Assembly (NCBI GenBank): GCA_913058405.1
Contig: CAJXRC010000002.1
Coordinates: 2,932-66,931, forward strand
From: an uncultured Colwellia sp.
GTDB lineage: Bacteria; Pseudomonadota; Gammaproteobacteria; Enterobacterales; Alteromonadaceae
Direction of reading: 5' to 3'
DNA length: 64,000 nt
Shown here: one piece after another, positions 10,515-20,717 of the stretch
Numbering within the stretch: the stretch's first letter is position 1
How the letters are laid out: every line of letters begins with the position of its first letter
Position numbers and translations under genes: made by a program
Notes under the pieces: generated by a model
Databases searched by the model: none
Seen by the model: only the letters and a program-made list of their open reading frames with translations
What the model was told of the DNA's origin: nothing

Positions 10515-10728
10515 AAATGACCTTGAGCGTAATTTTTTGCCATATTACTTAGTTTATCTTTATAGGCAAGTTTATTTATGTGACGCTTTATTTTGATAAT
10601 TACATTAGACCAAACGGATCTATTTTATTAGTCCAGTTGGTATTAGTACTTGCTATGCGCTCTGCGCTCACGTTAGAATTAAAAACGTGAATAGTTAATA
10701 CTTTCAATAAGCATTAACTACCACAACA

Positions 10729-10809
10729 CTTGTCGGAGTGCCAAAGGCTGAGATCGCGAAAGCGGGATCCGTAAAACCTGATCAGATTAATATCTGCGTA
10801 GGAAACAAG
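10729..10809 (+). promoter_or_regulatory. TPP riboswitch
   Basis: CTTGTCGGAGTGC...GCTGAGA...CCGT.AACCTGATCAGATTAATATCTGCGTAGGAAACAAG contains the TGAGA and ACCTGAT...AAT...CGTAGG cores, with P1 CTTGT/ACAAG. Upstream of thiC. Confidence 0.96.
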
Positions 10810-10930
10810 AGAGAGTAATTAAGTCATCGTGCTTAGCTTTTAACCAACCTCTTTTTGCCTCTTTTTAACTAAAAAATCAGTTAAAAAAACTCCGCCTATT
10901 TTTACTTTTTTTTTGCTTTTATATCAATAA

Positions 10931-12937
<2,007 letters not shown>

Positions 12938-12945
12938 CTAAACTT

Positions 12946-13010
12946 CGTCATATCCGAAGTGTTTTATCGGATATCCATTGTCTCCCCGAAGAAATGCTGC
13001 GGGGAGACAA
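12946..13010. repeat. REP-like double hairpin between thiC and thiO
   Basis: CGTC-ATATCCGA-N9-TCGGATAT followed by TTGTCTCCCCG-N11-CGGGGAGACAA. Confidence 0.6.
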
Positions 13011-13041
13011 TCCTTTGCTTATCGGTAGAAGGCGGATAAAC

Positions 13042-14223
13042 ATGAACATTGCCATTGTTGGCGCAGGATTGATGGGGCGTTTACTCGCCTTGTCTTTACT
13101 GCGAGGTAAACAGTCAGAAAGCGTAAGTATTACTTTATTTGATAAAGATAATAAACTCGCCCACAACAGCGCTGCTTATGCGGCGGCAGGATTATTAACG
13201 CCTTTAGGTGAATCACTTCATTGTGAGCCTAACATTGTTAACATGGGTTTTGAGTCATTAGGTTTATGGCCAGATTTGCTCGACAGTTTGGATGAATATA
13301 CCCTTTTTCAACGAACTGGCGCCATCATGGTGAGTCATGAGCAAGATAAAGGTGACTATCAACGCTTTGTTAGGCACTTAAATAATAATTATCCAGAACA
13401 TGAGCGACATGCGTTAGACCGTGCACAATTACTTGAGCTAGAGCCTGAAATAGGGCGAAGTTTTAATCAAGGTTTGTACTTACCACAAGAAGGGCAGATT
13501 GGTAATCGTCGTTTATTGATTGCCTTACGAAAACAGTTAGAAAAAGAAGCTGAAAGCAGCAATGGCGTTAACTCGCTAAACTGGTTAAGTGAGTGTCAGG
13601 TATTTGCTATTGAAAACACTGATCTTAGTAGTACAGTTAGTTATCAGCAGTGCGGCATAAGTTGTAGCCAAAGCTTTGATTTAGTTATTGATTGTCGAGG
13701 TACTGGTGCGAGTCGTAAAAATAGCCACAGAGCCTGTGCACCATTAAGTGACTTACGATCAGTAAGAGGGGAGTTATTCCAACTTTTTGCGCCAGAAGTA
13801 AATATTTCAAGGCCGATACGTTTGATGCACCCTAGATATCAGCTTTATATTGCACCAAAACAAAAAGGTTTTTATGTGGTGGGTGCCACTGAAATTGAGA
13901 GTGACGATGATGCACCTATGACGGTTCGCTCTGCAATGGAGTTATTGAGCGCAGCTTATAGTGTTCATCCTGGATTTGCAGAAGCCAATATTCGTCAACA
14001 CATTAGTCAATGTCGACCAACTTTTAGTGATAATCAACCTAAAATCACTCACAAGGACAGTTTAATACAAGTAAATGGTTTATTCCGTCACGGATTTTTA
14101 ATTGCGCCAGTGGTACTTAAACAAGTGTTAACACTGGTTAATAACCAGATAAATAATACCAACGATACCTTGCCTTACAGTGAGTATTTACGCACTGAGC
14201 AACAGCAAGAAGAGGTGATTTAA
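13042..14223 (+). CDS. thiO: Glycine oxidase ThiO
   Basis: MNIAIVGAGLMG FAD motif, AAAGLL, VRGE, GLFRHG; thi-operon context. Start moved from 12994 to ATG 13042 (RBS GAAGG), because the upstream extension lies in the repeat. Confidence 0.9.
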   Translation: MNIAIVGAGLMGRLLALSLLRGKQSESVSITLFDKDNKLAHNSAAYAAAGLLTPLGESLHCEPNIVNMGFESLGLWPDLLDSLDEYTLFQRTGAIMVSHEQDKGDYQRFVRHLNNNYPEHERHALDRAQLLELEPEIGRSFNQGLYLPQEGQIGNRRLLIALRKQLEKEAESSNGVNSLNWLSECQVFAIENTDLSSTVSYQQCGISCSQSFDLVIDCRGTGASRKNSHRACAPLSDLRSVRGELFQLFAPEVNISRPIRLMHPRYQLYIAPKQKGFYVVGATEIESDDDAPMTVRSAMELLSAAYSVHPGFAEANIRQHISQCRPTFSDNQPKITHKDSLIQVNGLFRHGFLIAPVVLKQVLTLVNNQINNTNDTLPYSEYLRTEQQQEEVI

Positions 14224-14435
14224 TGAATATTCATATTAATGGAAAAGCTTACTCGTTAAGCAATGAAATACATATCAGTGTCAGTTCTGCTTTAACGTTA
14301 CATTTTATTGAACCACAACAAAGTACTTTTGCTGTGGCGCTAAATGGTGACTTTGTCGGTAAAGAAGAGTACGACACCACCCTAGTAAAAAATGGCGATA
14401 GCCTTGATGTGCTATTGCCAATACAAGGAGGTTAA
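14223..14435 (+). CDS. thiS: Sulfur carrier protein ThiS
   Basis: 70 aa with AVALNG and a C-terminal GG; coupled to both neighbours. Confidence 0.95.
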   Translation: MNIHINGKAYSLSNEIHISVSSALTLHFIEPQQSTFAVALNGDFVGKEEYDTTLVKNGDSLDVLLPIQGG

Positions 14436-15235
14436 TGATGACACTTAACATCTATGGGCAGCAGCTTGATAGTCGTTTGCTTATTGGCAGTGCACTTTAT
14501 CCATCGCCACATGTGATGAAACAAGCCATACTTGCTAGCGGCTCACAAGTAGTAACTCTCTCACTGAAACGTCAAAATCCTTCGGAAAAATCGGGGCAAC
14601 AAATATGGCGTTACTTGCAAGAAGTTATTGCTGAAGTACATGGTCACTTATTGCCGAATACCGCCGGTTGTAAAACCGCAAAAGAAGCGGTTACCTTAGC
14701 AAAAATGAGTAGAGAAATTTTTCAAACTGATTGGATTAAACTCGAAGTGATTGGTGATGACTACAATTTGCAGCCTGATCCTATTGAGCTACTCAATGCC
14801 ACCGAGCAGCTGATAAATGACGGCTTTAAAGTCTTGCCTTATTGCACCGATGATTTAGTGCTTTGTCAGCGCCTTTATGATTTAGGTTGTCAGGTGATTA
14901 TGCCGTGGGCATCGCCAATCGGAACAGGTAAGGGACTAATGAATCCTTATAATTTAGAAACCATTCGTTTGCGTTTACCTGATGCTACCTTAATTTTAGA
15001 TGCAGGCATTGGCAAACCTTCGGATGCTTGTTTGGCGATGGAAATGGGTTATGACGGTGTTTTATTAAATAGCGCGGTTGCACTGGCAGATAATCCAGTA
15101 CTGATGGCAAAAGCCTTTGGTCAAGCACTGCAAGCAGGTGAACAAGGGTATGTAGCGGGGATTATGGAGCAAAGGCAAACTGCACATCCCTCTACACCGA
15201 CATTAGATACACCTTTTTGGCACCAAAATAGCTAA
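14435..15235 (+). CDS. thiG: Thiazole synthase
   Basis: [40 protein letters not shown]. Confidence 0.97.
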   Translation: MMTLNIYGQQLDSRLLIGSALYPSPHVMKQAILASGSQVVTLSLKRQNPSEKSGQQIWRYLQEVIAEVHGHLLPNTAGCKTAKEAVTLAKMSREIFQTDWIKLEVIGDDYNLQPDPIELLNATEQLINDGFKVLPYCTDDLVLCQRLYDLGCQVIMPWASPIGTGKGLMNPYNLETIRLRLPDATLILDAGIGKPSDACLAMEMGYDGVLLNSAVALADNPVLMAKAFGQALQAGEQGYVAGIMEQRQTAHPSTPTLDTPFWHQNS

Positions 15236-15245
15236 TAAATTCGTC

Positions 15246-15329
15246 GTTATTTAACCCTGCTGCAGCGTTGAAGATGCTCACCTAGTAAACTAGGCTCCGC
15301 GTATTCGCCTTGCATTAGCGTCAACTAAC
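15246..15329. repeat. ERIC-like internal core inside the thi operon
   Basis: TGCAGCGTTG...GCTCACCTAGTAAACTAGGCTCC...CGCCTTGCA resembles the ERIC core TCACTTAC...GTAAGCTCC. Central stem CCTAG-TAAA-CTAGG. Confidence 0.5.
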
Positions 15330-15389
15330 TTAGTCTTTAAGTTATTTTACCTTTCAAATTATTAACCTATTAAATAGAAAATACTGACA

Positions 15390-16976
15390 TTGATGACTGA
15401 TATGATTAAGAAAAAACCGATAATCTGGACTATTTCTGGCAGTGATTGTTCTGGCGGTGCTGGTATTGCAGCCGATATTAAAACGGGGCATGGTTTGGGT
15501 GTGGAAGTGTGCCACCTGATTACCGCAAATACTGTGCAGAATTCGCACCAGCTGCTATCGGTAAATGCTATATCAGTTGAATTACTGCAGCAACAAGCAG
15601 CGTTGTTAACTGATGACAAACCACCATCGGTCATCAAAATTGGCTTAGTGGCTAACGTAGAGCAAGTGCAGTGGTTAGCTCAATTACTTGAACAAATTAA
15701 ACAAGTTATTCCCACAGTTATTAGCGTTTATGATCCTGTTGGCCAAGCGAGTGTTGGTGGTTGCTTTAACAGCCTTACTCTGGAACAGTTAGGCCCTTTA
15801 TTACTGCAAATTGATGTGATCACACCTAATTTGATGGAAGCGAAATGCCTAGCGAAATTTGATAGTTCAACGGACGAGAATAGTGCTGAAAAGTTGGCGA
15901 AAAAAATCCATCAATATTTTGCTATTAACAGCATTATTGTGAAAGGTGGTCATAGTTCTGATGATGATGGACACTCGATTGATTACTGTTTTCACCAATT
16001 AAATCAGCTGAATGGTAAACAAGACAACCAAGATAAAAGCCAAACAGCGATTAGTTACCAGTTAAGTGCACAACGCATAGAAAGTCATTACAGTCATGGT
16101 GGCGGTTGTAGTTTTGCCAGCGCATTAGCGAGCTTTCTTGCTCAAGGTTATTTGATACGTGATGCGTTCACTTTGGCAAAGGCGTTTATCAGCCAAGGCT
16201 TGAGCACAAGCAAGAAAGTCAGTGAATTGCACGGTCATCAATATTATGGTGCCTTTGAACAGCAAGGCTGGCCACGTAATGCTGAATGCTTCCCAGAAGT
16301 TCTTGATGAACTCAGTCAGCAATATCAAAATTTACCAGCTTTTAACTCGTTAGATTTAGCAGAGAAAAAACTTGGTCTTTATCCGGTAATAGATTCACTT
16401 TATTGGCTAAAGCGTTTGCTACCTTTAGGTTTAGAAATTATTCAGCTACGGGTGAAAAACTTGGCTGAAAGTGAACTTGAGCACGTTATTATTACCGCTG
16501 TTGCATTGGCAAAAGAATATAATACGCGTTTGTTTATCAATGATTATTGGCAATTAGCTATTAGACATGGTGCTTATGGTGTTCACATTGGACAAGAAGA
16601 CTTGCAAGATGCAGATTTAACGGCCATTCAGCAATCGGGGATACGTTTAGGCATCAGTACCCACGGTTGTTATGAATTCTTATCGGCACAGCGATTACAG
16701 CCATCATACTTAGCAATTGGTGCAATTTTTCCCACAAAAACTAAAGACATGACAGGGCAAATTCAAGGCATTGATAATTTGAGACAGGTATTATCTTTGC
16801 GTCCTGAAAATGAGCATAAAATTCCTGTGGTTGCTATTGGCGGAATTAATCTTGAACGCGCAGCAGAAGTTATCGCTACAGGCGTGGAAAGTATTGCTGT
16901 CGTTACAGCCATAACAGAAGCTGAGCGCTCACATGACATTTCACCTGAGCAGGCAGTCACGCGTTTACAATTCTAG
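15390..16976 (+). CDS. thiE: Bifunctional ThiD-ThiE fusion (HMP kinase / thiamine-phosphate synthase)
   Basis: N half: GSDCSGGAGIAAD, ITPN, VKGGH, HGGGC. C half: QLRVK, INDYW, GVHIGQED, GISTH, FPTKTK, VAIGGI. Start may be ATG 15393 or 15402. Confidence 0.92.
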   Translation: MMTDMIKKKPIIWTISGSDCSGGAGIAADIKTGHGLGVEVCHLITANTVQNSHQLLSVNAISVELLQQQAALLTDDKPPSVIKIGLVANVEQVQWLAQLLEQIKQVIPTVISVYDPVGQASVGGCFNSLTLEQLGPLLLQIDVITPNLMEAKCLAKFDSSTDENSAEKLAKKIHQYFAINSIIVKGGHSSDDDGHSIDYCFHQLNQLNGKQDNQDKSQTAISYQLSAQRIESHYSHGGGCSFASALASFLAQGYLIRDAFTLAKAFISQGLSTSKKVSELHGHQYYGAFEQQGWPRNAECFPEVLDELSQQYQNLPAFNSLDLAEKKLGLYPVIDSLYWLKRLLPLGLEIIQLRVKNLAESELEHVIITAVALAKEYNTRLFINDYWQLAIRHGAYGVHIGQEDLQDADLTAIQQSGIRLGISTHGCYEFLSAQRLQPSYLAIGAIFPTKTKDMTGQIQGIDNLRQVLSLRPENEHKIPVVAIGGINLERAAEVIATGVESIAVVTAITEAERSHDISPEQAVTRLQF

Positions 16977-17043
16977 CTGAATCATGCATATTCGAGTGGA
17001 ACGGGTATATGATGTCATTGATGGAAATAGGTTAAGGATAATA

Positions 17044-17505
17044 ATGAAAGTTTTAGAAAATAAGATACCACCGCCTTTAGTGGGTTTACTGATTGGGCTA
17101 GGGATGTGGGGGTTAAGTACAGTAACGCCAGTTATCTTACTAACAAATACAGTCAAATCAGTGTTGGTGATTGGTTTTATTGCTCTTGGTATTTTCTTTG
17201 ATCTTGCAGGCATCATCTCGTTTAGAAGGGCTAAAACCACTGTAAATCCGTTGAAACCTAATACGGCAAGCACCTTAGTAACATCCGGTATTTATCAAGT
17301 AACTCGTAATCCCATGTATGTTGGTTTTGTTGCTTTTTTATTGGCTTGGGCAAGCTTCTTAAGCTCGGCATGGGCTCTCATTTTAATTCCATTGTATATG
17401 CTTTATATTCAACGTTTTCAGATAGCTCCTGAAGAAAGAGCGCTAACAGCATTGTTCAAAGAAGAATTTACTCAGTATAAAGCACAGGTTCGCCCATGGT
17501 TATAA
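17044..17505 (+). CDS. Isoprenylcysteine carboxylmethyltransferase (ICMT/PEMT) family membrane protein
   Basis: KIPPP, TTVNP, LVTSGIYQVTRNPMY, PEERAL...F..Y...V.PWL. Start set at ATG 17044 (RBS AAGGA). Confidence 0.88.
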   Translation: MKVLENKIPPPLVGLLIGLGMWGLSTVTPVILLTNTVKSVLVIGFIALGIFFDLAGIISFRRAKTTVNPLKPNTASTLVTSGIYQVTRNPMYVGFVAFLLAWASFLSSAWALILIPLYMLYIQRFQIAPEERALTALFKEEFTQYKAQVRPWL

Positions 17506-17545
17506 TGACCGTATGCAACGAACACGAGCTGATTTATTAAGCATA

Positions 17546-17581
17546 AAAAGGGGGAAATACACTAGTGTATTTCCCCCTTTT
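17546..17581. terminator. Bidirectional intrinsic terminator
   Basis: Perfect palindrome AAAAGGGGGAAATACACTAGTGTATTTCCCCCTTTT between convergent genes. Confidence 0.85.
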
Positions 17582-17611
17582 CGTTATTAATCATTTATAT
17601 TCAATGTAATA

Positions 17612-18463
17612 TTACATTGCAGATAATAATCTTGGATTAACGACTAAGTTTCTAACGCCGTGAGCGTGATCTTCTTTAAAAGCATTACCTTTACACCATT
17701 CACCAACAGACTCGATATTTACTTTCGCCACTTTTGGACGAACGCTCCAAGTTACTTGAAATGGAGAACCCTTTTCATTGTAACTAGGACCTGTAGTTGA
17801 GCCAGCATATTGAATCGGTGTGCCTGTGTTACTTGGAATGTTAGGCGCTTGATGTTTATCATTTTTGATACTGTGCTTAGTCAACTCAACAAAATCTAAA
17901 GCATTTTTATCATTCACAACAACAAATACTTGTGTCTCAACACGAAATTGTGGGTTGATAGTGGATTCACCTAAACAAGCACCTAACGTATTGCCCGGTG
18001 CTGCTTGTGCAGTAGAGTGAACATAGTGTACCTCGATAGTATCGCCAGGAAATAAACCACCGTGCGGGTTAGGACAAATATCCTGACTAACTTTTTTAGT
18101 TTCTTTACTGCTTAATTTACCTGTATAAACAAAACCTGTTTGATAACCAGTGCCATCGCCGTTACCAGCATACTTACTAAACTCGCCACCTTTATGTTCA
18201 GCATTTTTATGCATATGGATATTACATAAATTCATGTTAGTAGATTCCGGTGCTAGACCAAAAATACGTGGGTTATTACCTTGTTTCATTGATAAATCAC
18301 GAGGTGATTGTGGTCCATAACCTTTGTTAACTGTATTGTTTTCCAGCATAGCGCGTTGCTTTTTAATTAAGTTATCTGACACCTTGGTAGACACAATGTC
18401 AGCAAAAGCTGCCAATGGAGTTAATGCTGCGGCGACAGTTAGTGCAATAATATTCGTCTTCAT
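17612..18463 (-). CDS. Secreted delta-class carbonic anhydrase-like protein
   Basis: Signal peptide (…PLAAFA), GPQSPRD, MNLCNIHMHKNAEHK, GDTIEVHYVH, LGAC, YAGSTTGP, QVTWSV, HAHGVR. Confidence 0.82.
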   Translation of the reverse strand: MKTNIIALTVAAALTPLAAFADIVSTKVSDNLIKKQRAMLENNTVNKGYGPQSPRDLSMKQGNNPRIFGLAPESTNMNLCNIHMHKNAEHKGGEFSKYAGNGDGTGYQTGFVYTGKLSSKETKKVSQDICPNPHGGLFPGDTIEVHYVHSTAQAAPGNTLGACLGESTINPQFRVETQVFVVVNDKNALDFVELTKHSIKNDKHQAPNIPSNTGTPIQYAGSTTGPSYNEKGSPFQVTWSVRPKVAKVNIESVGEWCKGNAFKEDHAHGVRNLVVNPRLLSAM

Positions 18464-18935
18464 ATTTTACCCTTAAGGTTGTTGATTAACTGGTTACGTA
18501 CGACGAATAGCACTTTCGATACATTTTCGACACTTTTAAATCAATATAGCTAGTAGTTCAGGGATTATCATATAAAACAAAGCTATTCTACGCTGTTATT
18601 TTATAGCTGGTAAATGATAAAACTACAAGCCGGCTTTACTGTTTTAAATTGCACAAAAAGACAATGTTAGACTTTGTTTTTATTGCTTTTCATCATAAGT
18701 TAATTACTAAGCATGCTACAGCAAAATCGAATGTTAGACACTGACATGACCCAGTTATAAGCCGTCTAATGTGTTAAGAATTGTAATCATCCTAATGTAT
18801 GATGTTTTGCATTTTTATCACGTTGATCACATGAGGCACCAGTACTTGTGAGCATAAAATAGCAAGCTATAATTTAGGAAGTCAACGCATAGAAAGTTTA
18901 CTTGATATGTCTGGTAATTAATGTGGGGTATTATT

Positions 18936-19142
18936 ATGATTGAACTGAAAATTCAGGCTGTCGGCTCTGGAGTAGGAGTTGAACTTCCGCCAGAAGTGTT
19001 AAAACAATTACAAACCAGTGAAGGGGAAACTATCTTTTTAGAGAATATGTTTGATGGTAGTTATAGTTTAACTAAACATGACGAAAAGTCTGCTGAACAA
19101 ATGATGTTAATCGATGGGCAAATGCACGAAGAAGACTCTTAA
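18936..19142 (+). CDS. AbrB/MazE/SpoVT-family small DNA-binding protein
   Basis: LKIQAVGSGVGVELPPEVLKQL...GETIFL matches the swapped-hairpin pattern. GGGG RBS precedes ATG 18936. Confidence 0.72.
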   Translation: MIELKIQAVGSGVGVELPPEVLKQLQTSEGETIFLENMFDGSYSLTKHDEKSAEQMMLIDGQMHEEDS

Positions 19143-19186
19143 ATATTCTACATAATCTATAAACAGCTACGGCATAAGAAGTAAAA

Positions 19187-19894
19187 ATGGTTAGCAATAA
19201 ACTACTAAGTTATAAGAAAATTTCTGTCGCTAAGGTGTTTGAAAAAGAAACCCAGCTTATTGCCCAAATACAAGCGGGAGAACTCAAGCAATGCTTAATG
19301 TTATGGCAGGCGAAAGAAGCGACCTTGGTATTACCTGCAGGTAAGAAGTGGCTGGCGTCAGATGAACTTAAAGCGAGTTTGTTAGCCGATGAGTGGCTTT
19401 TACAAGCGCGTAAAACTGGCGGAGCACCTGTGCCACAATGCCCCGGAATAATTAACTTATCTCACCTATATCTTTGGTCAAATGACTCGCCCTATTCAAT
19501 CACCCAAGCTTATGAGAATTTATGCACAGTTTTACATGGCTTCTTTGCTCAATTTAATTTAATTAGCCAAGCACATGCTACAGAATTCTCTTATTGTGAT
19601 GGTGATTATAATATCAACTTGAATGGTAAAAAAATTGTTGGTACTGCTCAGCGAGTGATATTAAAAAAAGGTGGCGGCAAGATAGTGTTGGCACAAGCCT
19701 TTATTTTGATTGATGTGTTACTTGAAGAGATCATAAAGCCAATTAACTTGTGCTACCAATTATCTGATAAAACCGATCGGGTAAAAGCGCAGGTGCATAC
19801 TACGCTTTTTGAGCATATTAACCAGAAACCGACAATAGATAAGCTATATCAGCAATTGACTAAAGCTTTTGTTGATAGTGGCCTTTATCAATAA
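19187..19894 (+). CDS. Lipoate-protein ligase (BPL/LplA/LipB) family protein
   Basis: RKTGGAPV, GIINLS, SYCDGDYN, GKKIVGTAQ. Confidence 0.85.
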   Translation: MVSNKLLSYKKISVAKVFEKETQLIAQIQAGELKQCLMLWQAKEATLVLPAGKKWLASDELKASLLADEWLLQARKTGGAPVPQCPGIINLSHLYLWSNDSPYSITQAYENLCTVLHGFFAQFNLISQAHATEFSYCDGDYNINLNGKKIVGTAQRVILKKGGGKIVLAQAFILIDVLLEEIIKPINLCYQLSDKTDRVKAQVHTTLFEHINQKPTIDKLYQQLTKAFVDSGLYQ

Positions 19895-19962
19895 AAGAGT
19901 TACTGATAAAAAACCACTAATCACTTATAAAATGAGTCTTAATAAAACGGGGTAAGCAATGC

Positions 19963-20550
19963 CTAAGAACCCGTTTTTAGTTGCTCATAAAGATCTGTAA
20001 ATTTAACGCGCTTTTTGTAACCTTTGAAAAAGTGCTTATGCATTACTTTACCTTGGTTATCAATTACCACGACACCTGGGTAAGGGATACCGTAATGATC
20101 ACTACCTACAGCATATTCACTGTTTACGATACCGTAGGCCAGCATTGTTTGTACTTTTTGGTCTGATAATAATGGATAGCTGATATTTTTCTGTTTAGCG
20201 AATGTTTTTAAAATATTAGTATTATCATAAGAAATGGCTGCTAAGCCGTAACCTAATTTTTTAAATTGTTCAGCATGTTCATTTAATTCTATTAGGTGTT
20301 TTTTACAAAAGGGACACCAATCAGCAGAGCGGAAAAACAAGATAATTACACCTTGTTCACCACTAAGCTCTTTGATGTTAACCGCTTGCTCTTGAGTATT
20401 TAGAACCGAAATCTTGGGCGCTTGTTCACCGAGTGTCGGGCCTACATTAATACTTGTGTTGGCAAAGGCATTATTAGTTAATAACAAAAGTAGTGAAAAA
20501 ACTGAGATTGATATTTTTTTATTGATGCGGGAGTAAATTTTACGGTTCAT
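19963..20550 (-). CDS. Exported peroxiredoxin-like (AhpC/TSA) thioredoxin-fold protein
   Basis: Signal peptide, FFRSADWCPFC, AISYD, YPLLSD, PYPG. Confidence 0.85.
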   Translation of the reverse strand: MNRKIYSRINKKISISVFSLLLLLTNNAFANTSINVGPTLGEQAPKISVLNTQEQAVNIKELSGEQGVIILFFRSADWCPFCKKHLIELNEHAEQFKKLGYGLAAISYDNTNILKTFAKQKNISYPLLSDQKVQTMLAYGIVNSEYAVGSDHYGIPYPGVVVIDNQGKVMHKHFFKGYKKRVKFTDLYEQLKTGS

Positions 20551-20634
20551 TTAGGTTACGGATCTTTGTGGGTTATGACCTAAAAGACCGCTTGATGAAA
20601 TAAAAATTTCATTGTAAATGAAGCTATTGTTTAT

Positions 20635-20673
20635 TAGTGCTATTTAACGACTAAATTTAGTTAAATAGCACTA
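20635..20673. terminator. Stem-loop downstream of prsT
   Basis: 14-bp stem TAGTGCTATTTAAC...GTTAAATAGCACTA. Confidence 0.5.
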
Positions 20674-20717
20674 TCCCACTGGCAAGTGTTACTGGCCAGG
20701 GAGGACCGCGTTTTACA

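Noticed and set aside
12994..13041. N-terminal extension of ThiO in the ORF track
   Set aside because: It starts inside a REP-like hairpin; the Rossmann motif and RBS point to ATG 13042.
20585..20610. Possible ECF/sigmaE-like promoter GAAATT-N16-GTCT upstream of the peroxiredoxin-like gene
   Set aside because: It is a single weak match in AT-rich DNA with no supporting copy.
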